Part shown: in pieces, positions 60,958 to 64,000 of the stretch | How positions within the stretch are numbered: position 1 is the first letter of the stretch | How the letters are laid out: each line of letters opens with the position of its first letter | Source: Candidatus Binatia bacterium | Lineage (GTDB): Bacteria; Desulfobacterota; Binatia; Bin18 | DNA length: 64,000 nucleotides | Direction of reading: 5' to 3' | Assembly (NCBI GenBank): GCA_963664395.2 | Contig: OY761159.2 | Span: 3,520,001 to 3,584,000 of the forward strand | The notes under the pieces: model-generated | The model's database searches: none | Told to the model about the DNA's origin: nothing | Seen by the model: the letters and a program-made list of their open reading frames with translations, nothing else | Translations under genes and position numbers: made by a program

Positions 60958-61970
60958 TCGCCTGGGTGTGTTTTCTCCCGGCTTGCTCTCCGTTGTACAT
61001 CCTGCGGGCCGGCTATGAAGAAGCAAAAATTCTGTGGTATCGCCGACCCATTGCCGACATCCTGCGGGAGCCCGGTCAGCTTGATCTTTCCACCCGAGAA
61101 AAACTCCGGATCGTCCTGCGTGTGCGCGCCTTTGCCGCTCAGGACCTCGGCTTCCGGGTTGGCGGGAGTTATGGCAGCGTGTCCGAACTCCCCTCTCCAC
61201 TCACCATTCAGGTGGTCACCGCGGCCCACCGGACGCATTTGGAAGCCTATACCTGGTGGTTCCCCATTGTCGGCAGCGTCTCGTACAAAGGGTATTTTGA
61301 CAGCGCGGAAGCACACGCAGAGGCACGGCGTTTAGAGGCGCAGGGATTTGACACCTATATTCGGACCGCCGCAGCCTTCAGCACCCTGGGCTGGTTTGCC
61401 GACCCGCTGCTGCCCCACCTGTTGCGTTATGACCGGGCAACCTTGGCCAATATCGTGCTGCACGAGCTGTTTCATAATACGTTTTATCTGTCCGGGCAGA
61501 CGGCCTTTAACGAATCGCTCGCCAACTTTGCCGGCCATCGGGGCGCCATCGCCTTTTTTGCGAAAGCGCACGGCGAGACCCATGCCCTGACACAACGCCT
61601 GCGGGCCACCTGGGAAAAGGAGCTGGCTGTTTCACAATTTCTTGAACAGGCCCGTCAGCGGCTGACGACGTTATACGCGTCTGCGTTACCCGAAGCGGAA
61701 AAGCTGAGGCAACGAAAAGAATTATTCACGCAGCTACAGGCAGAATTTCGCCAACTGCCCGGAATTATTCCTCAAACCGCCGACTTTGCTTCCGTACAGC
61801 TCAATAACGCGGTCATCCTCCACTATTCGACCTATCTCAGAGATTTGAGCCTCTTCGAGCGGTTGTACGAGCAGCACAATCACGACCTGCGGCGCACATT
61901 GGACGCCATCACCTCGATTGCCGCGGACGCAGAGCAGCCGTTTGAGGCGGTGAGAGGAATGTCTTATTGA
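60930..61970 (+). CDS. putative zinc aminopeptidase lipoprotein (DUF2265-like)
   Basis: LPAC lipobox-like, WWFPIVG.V.YKGYF, STLGWF.DP, HELFH, FNESLA. Confidence 0.85.
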   Translation: MKMLARLLIFAWVCFLPACSPLYILRAGYEEAKILWYRRPIADILREPGQLDLSTREKLRIVLRVRAFAAQDLGFRVGGSYGSVSELPSPLTIQVVTAAHRTHLEAYTWWFPIVGSVSYKGYFDSAEAHAEARRLEAQGFDTYIRTAAAFSTLGWFADPLLPHLLRYDRATLANIVLHELFHNTFYLSGQTAFNESLANFAGHRGAIAFFAKAHGETHALTQRLRATWEKELAVSQFLEQARQRLTTLYASALPEAEKLRQRKELFTQLQAEFRQLPGIIPQTADFASVQLNNAVILHYSTYLRDLSLFERLYEQHNHDLRRTLDAITSIAADAEQPFEAVRGMSY

Positions 61971-62063
61971 GGAGGCTGGGGTCCTGGATTCCTGCCCCTG
62001 TTTTCACAGGGGTGACGTTCTTTCGCCGGAATGCCGGGCGGCTACACAGCATCGTAATTTGCG

Positions 62064-62690
62064 CTAGGTCTGCTGAAGAAATGCGACCGCGGCTTGGGCG
62101 ACTTCGCTCTCTCTGGCCATAAGGAAATGGTCTGCACCGCTAATGGTCTCAAGCTGCGCTGGCATTTTTGAGACAAGTTCAGTCAGGTCAGGCAGGGGAG
62201 AGTAGGTGTCCCGGTCGCCACTGATGAACAGGGTCGGTTTGGTCACGTTCACAAGAAACGAGGGGTCGCGAACTCCAAGCGGAAAAGCCACGCCAATAAG
62301 ACTGTGAACCCGGTCGTCTTCTGCCCCGGCTCGCAGACCGACCATCGAGCCAAACGAGTAGCCGGCAACAACGACGGTCGAGACGGCCTGACGGTCGAGG
62401 AGAGCCGTGACGGCTGCTTTCACATCCTGGCACTCGGCCACGCCTTCGTCGTGTGCCCCTTCACTGTGTCCAACCCCGCGGAAATTAAATCGCAGCGTGG
62501 CAATGTTCTCCTTTTGGAAGGCGTGTGCTAACGCTGACACCACGTTGTTGTGCATTTCGCCACCGTACAGCGGGTGGGGATGACACAGCACCGCCCCTAT
62601 TGCGGGAGCCTGAGGTACTGTCGAAAGGAGACCTTCTAAGGTGAGGGCGGTGCTGTCATCGCCAACCGGAAAGGTGATGTGCTCTTCCAT
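62064..62690 (-). CDS. alpha/beta hydrolase
   Basis: HPHPLYGG, FNFRGVG, GYSFG, GADHF. Confidence 0.9.
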   Translation of the reverse strand: MEEHITFPVGDDSTALTLEGLLSTVPQAPAIGAVLCHPHPLYGGEMHNNVVSALAHAFQKENIATLRFNFRGVGHSEGAHDEGVAECQDVKAAVTALLDRQAVSTVVVAGYSFGSMVGLRAGAEDDRVHSLIGVAFPLGVRDPSFLVNVTKPTLFISGDRDTYSPLPDLTELVSKMPAQLETISGADHFLMARESEVAQAAVAFLQQT

Positions 62691-62835
62691 ACGTTCCTCC
62701 GTGTCTCACACGGGTAGGCGAAAACCCGGTGGAACACAAGTGGGAAACGCGCTTGCAACCGAGCACGCTGAGCGAAAGAATTTCTGGCGACATATCGGAT
62801 TCCGCCCTATAGGATATATGAGGATATATGGCCGT

Positions 62836-64000
62836 ATGAACCAGATGAAGCAGGAGTCCCGCGTCAAAAAAGTCCGGAGTTTCGATCTCCGGCAGCTGCG
62901 TACCGCCCTTACGCAGTGGCTGCCGCAGTGCTGCCACTTTTTTTCAGTTGTCCGCAAAAAGGTTCAGGACGATGCGCTCAGCCTGCGGGCCATGGGGCTC
63001 ACCTATGTGACCCTGTTGGCATTGGTGCCGCTCTTGGCGGTGATGTTTGCCGTTCTCAAGGCATTTGGGGTACAAAACCTTATCGAACCGTCACTGTCCC
63101 AAGCCCTGGAGCCGTTGGGCGAGCGGGGGGCTGAAATTACTCAGCGCGTCCTGGAGTTTGTGAACAACCTGCGGGTCGGTGTGCTGGGCACGGTAGGGGT
63201 GGCGACCTTGTTCTATACCGTCATCTCGCTCATCAGCAAAATTGAAGACTCGCTCAATCACGTCTGGCAAGTGCGTCGTTCCCGTACCTGGGGCAAGAAG
63301 TTCAGTGACTATCTGAGTGTGGTATTGGTTGGTCCGGTTCTCGTCTTTACCTCATTGACCGTCATTGCCTCGGCCCAGAGTCACACGATTGTGCAATATA
63401 TGGTTGCGAACGAGCTGCTTGGCCCGCTCGTTCTGGTCGCTACGCGACTGATGCCGTTCGCCTGTTTATGTATTGCCTTCACGTTTCTGTACACCTTCGT
63501 CCCCAACACGGCTGTTCGTTTTGGCTCAGCACTCATAGGCGGCGCGGTCGCGGCTCTTTTGTGGCAGTTGGCCGGGACCGGTTTTGCAACCTTTGTTGCC
63601 AGCTCCGGGCGCTATGCGGCCATCTACTCGAGCTTTGCCATACTGGTTTTCTTTTTTATTTGGTTGTACGCTAACTGGCTTATTATCCTGATTGGCTCCG
63701 AAGTTGCCTATTTTCATCAATATCCAAGCGCCTACCGAGCCGAACTGGATGGCAAAACTCCGTTGTCGCAGGAGCGCCTCGCGTTGACTGCCCTGGTTGA
63801 AATTACGCGGCGCTATCTCGCCGAACAAACGCCGTGGTCGGTGACCGCTCTTGCCACAAGTATGCGCGTTCAGCTCTCCGTGCTGGAGCCGCTGATTGAC
63901 ACGCTGCTGGCACAAGGCGTTCTCTTGCAGACCACCCAGCCGGAGGGCATTGTGCTTGGCCGTCCGCCCGAGCAGATTGAGGTTGTGACTGTGCTGGATA
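62836..64000 (+). CDS. YihY/virulence factor BrkB family membrane protein (runs off window)
   Basis: Frame from ATG 62836 reads LSLRAMGLTYVTLLALVPLLAV...LNHVW...YTFVPN...IYSSFA; no stop seen. Confidence 0.88.
   Translation, partial: MNQMKQESRVKKVRSFDLRQLRTALTQWLPQCCHFFSVVRKKVQDDALSLRAMGLTYVTLLALVPLLAVMFAVLKAFGVQNLIEPSLSQALEPLGERGAEITQRVLEFVNNLRVGVLGTVGVATLFYTVISLISKIEDSLNHVWQVRRSRTWGKKFSDYLSVVLVGPVLVFTSLTVIASAQSHTIVQYMVANELLGPLVLVATRLMPFACLCIAFTFLYTFVPNTAVRFGSALIGGAVAALLWQLAGTGFATFVASSGRYAAIYSSFAILVFFFIWLYANWLIILIGSEVAYFHQYPSAYRAELDGKTPLSQERLALTALVEITRRYLAEQTPWSVTALATSMRVQLSVLEPLIDTLLAQGVLLQTTQPEGIVLGRPPEQIEVVTVLD

Overview
GC-rich bacterial chromosome segment; gene content is Deltaproteobacteria/Binatota-like (low-confidence inference). 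1-19.4 kb is housekeeping: truB-rpsO-pnp-dut, polA, the pur genes, lpxA, yacG, gmhA, three tRNAs and a stand-alone 5S rRNA. 19.9-61 kb is a cell-surface locus: a partial type II secretion cluster (F,G,L,M,C,D), an indel-riddled secreted-protein gene that looks like an S-layer gene, Wzt/Wzm, glycosyl- and methyltransferases, a lower-GC kinase-methyltransferase/phosphotransferase module, a second garbled secreted-protein gene, an initiating sugar transferase and a WaaL-like ligase. The most unusual part is 26.7-33.8 kb. A DUF559 endonuclease gene is flanked by direct repeats of a double-hairpin REP-like family (about 15 copies in the window). Downstream lies an array of about 1-kb modules built from a repeated stop codon plus terminator, a REP unit or pair, a promoter and small cargo genes (TA pair, coiled-coil/membrane-anchor proteins). 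At least three other short repeat families occur, two of them nested inside the REPs and inside ORFs. Scattered single-base frameshifts suggest a long-read assembly, so pseudogene calls are tentative.
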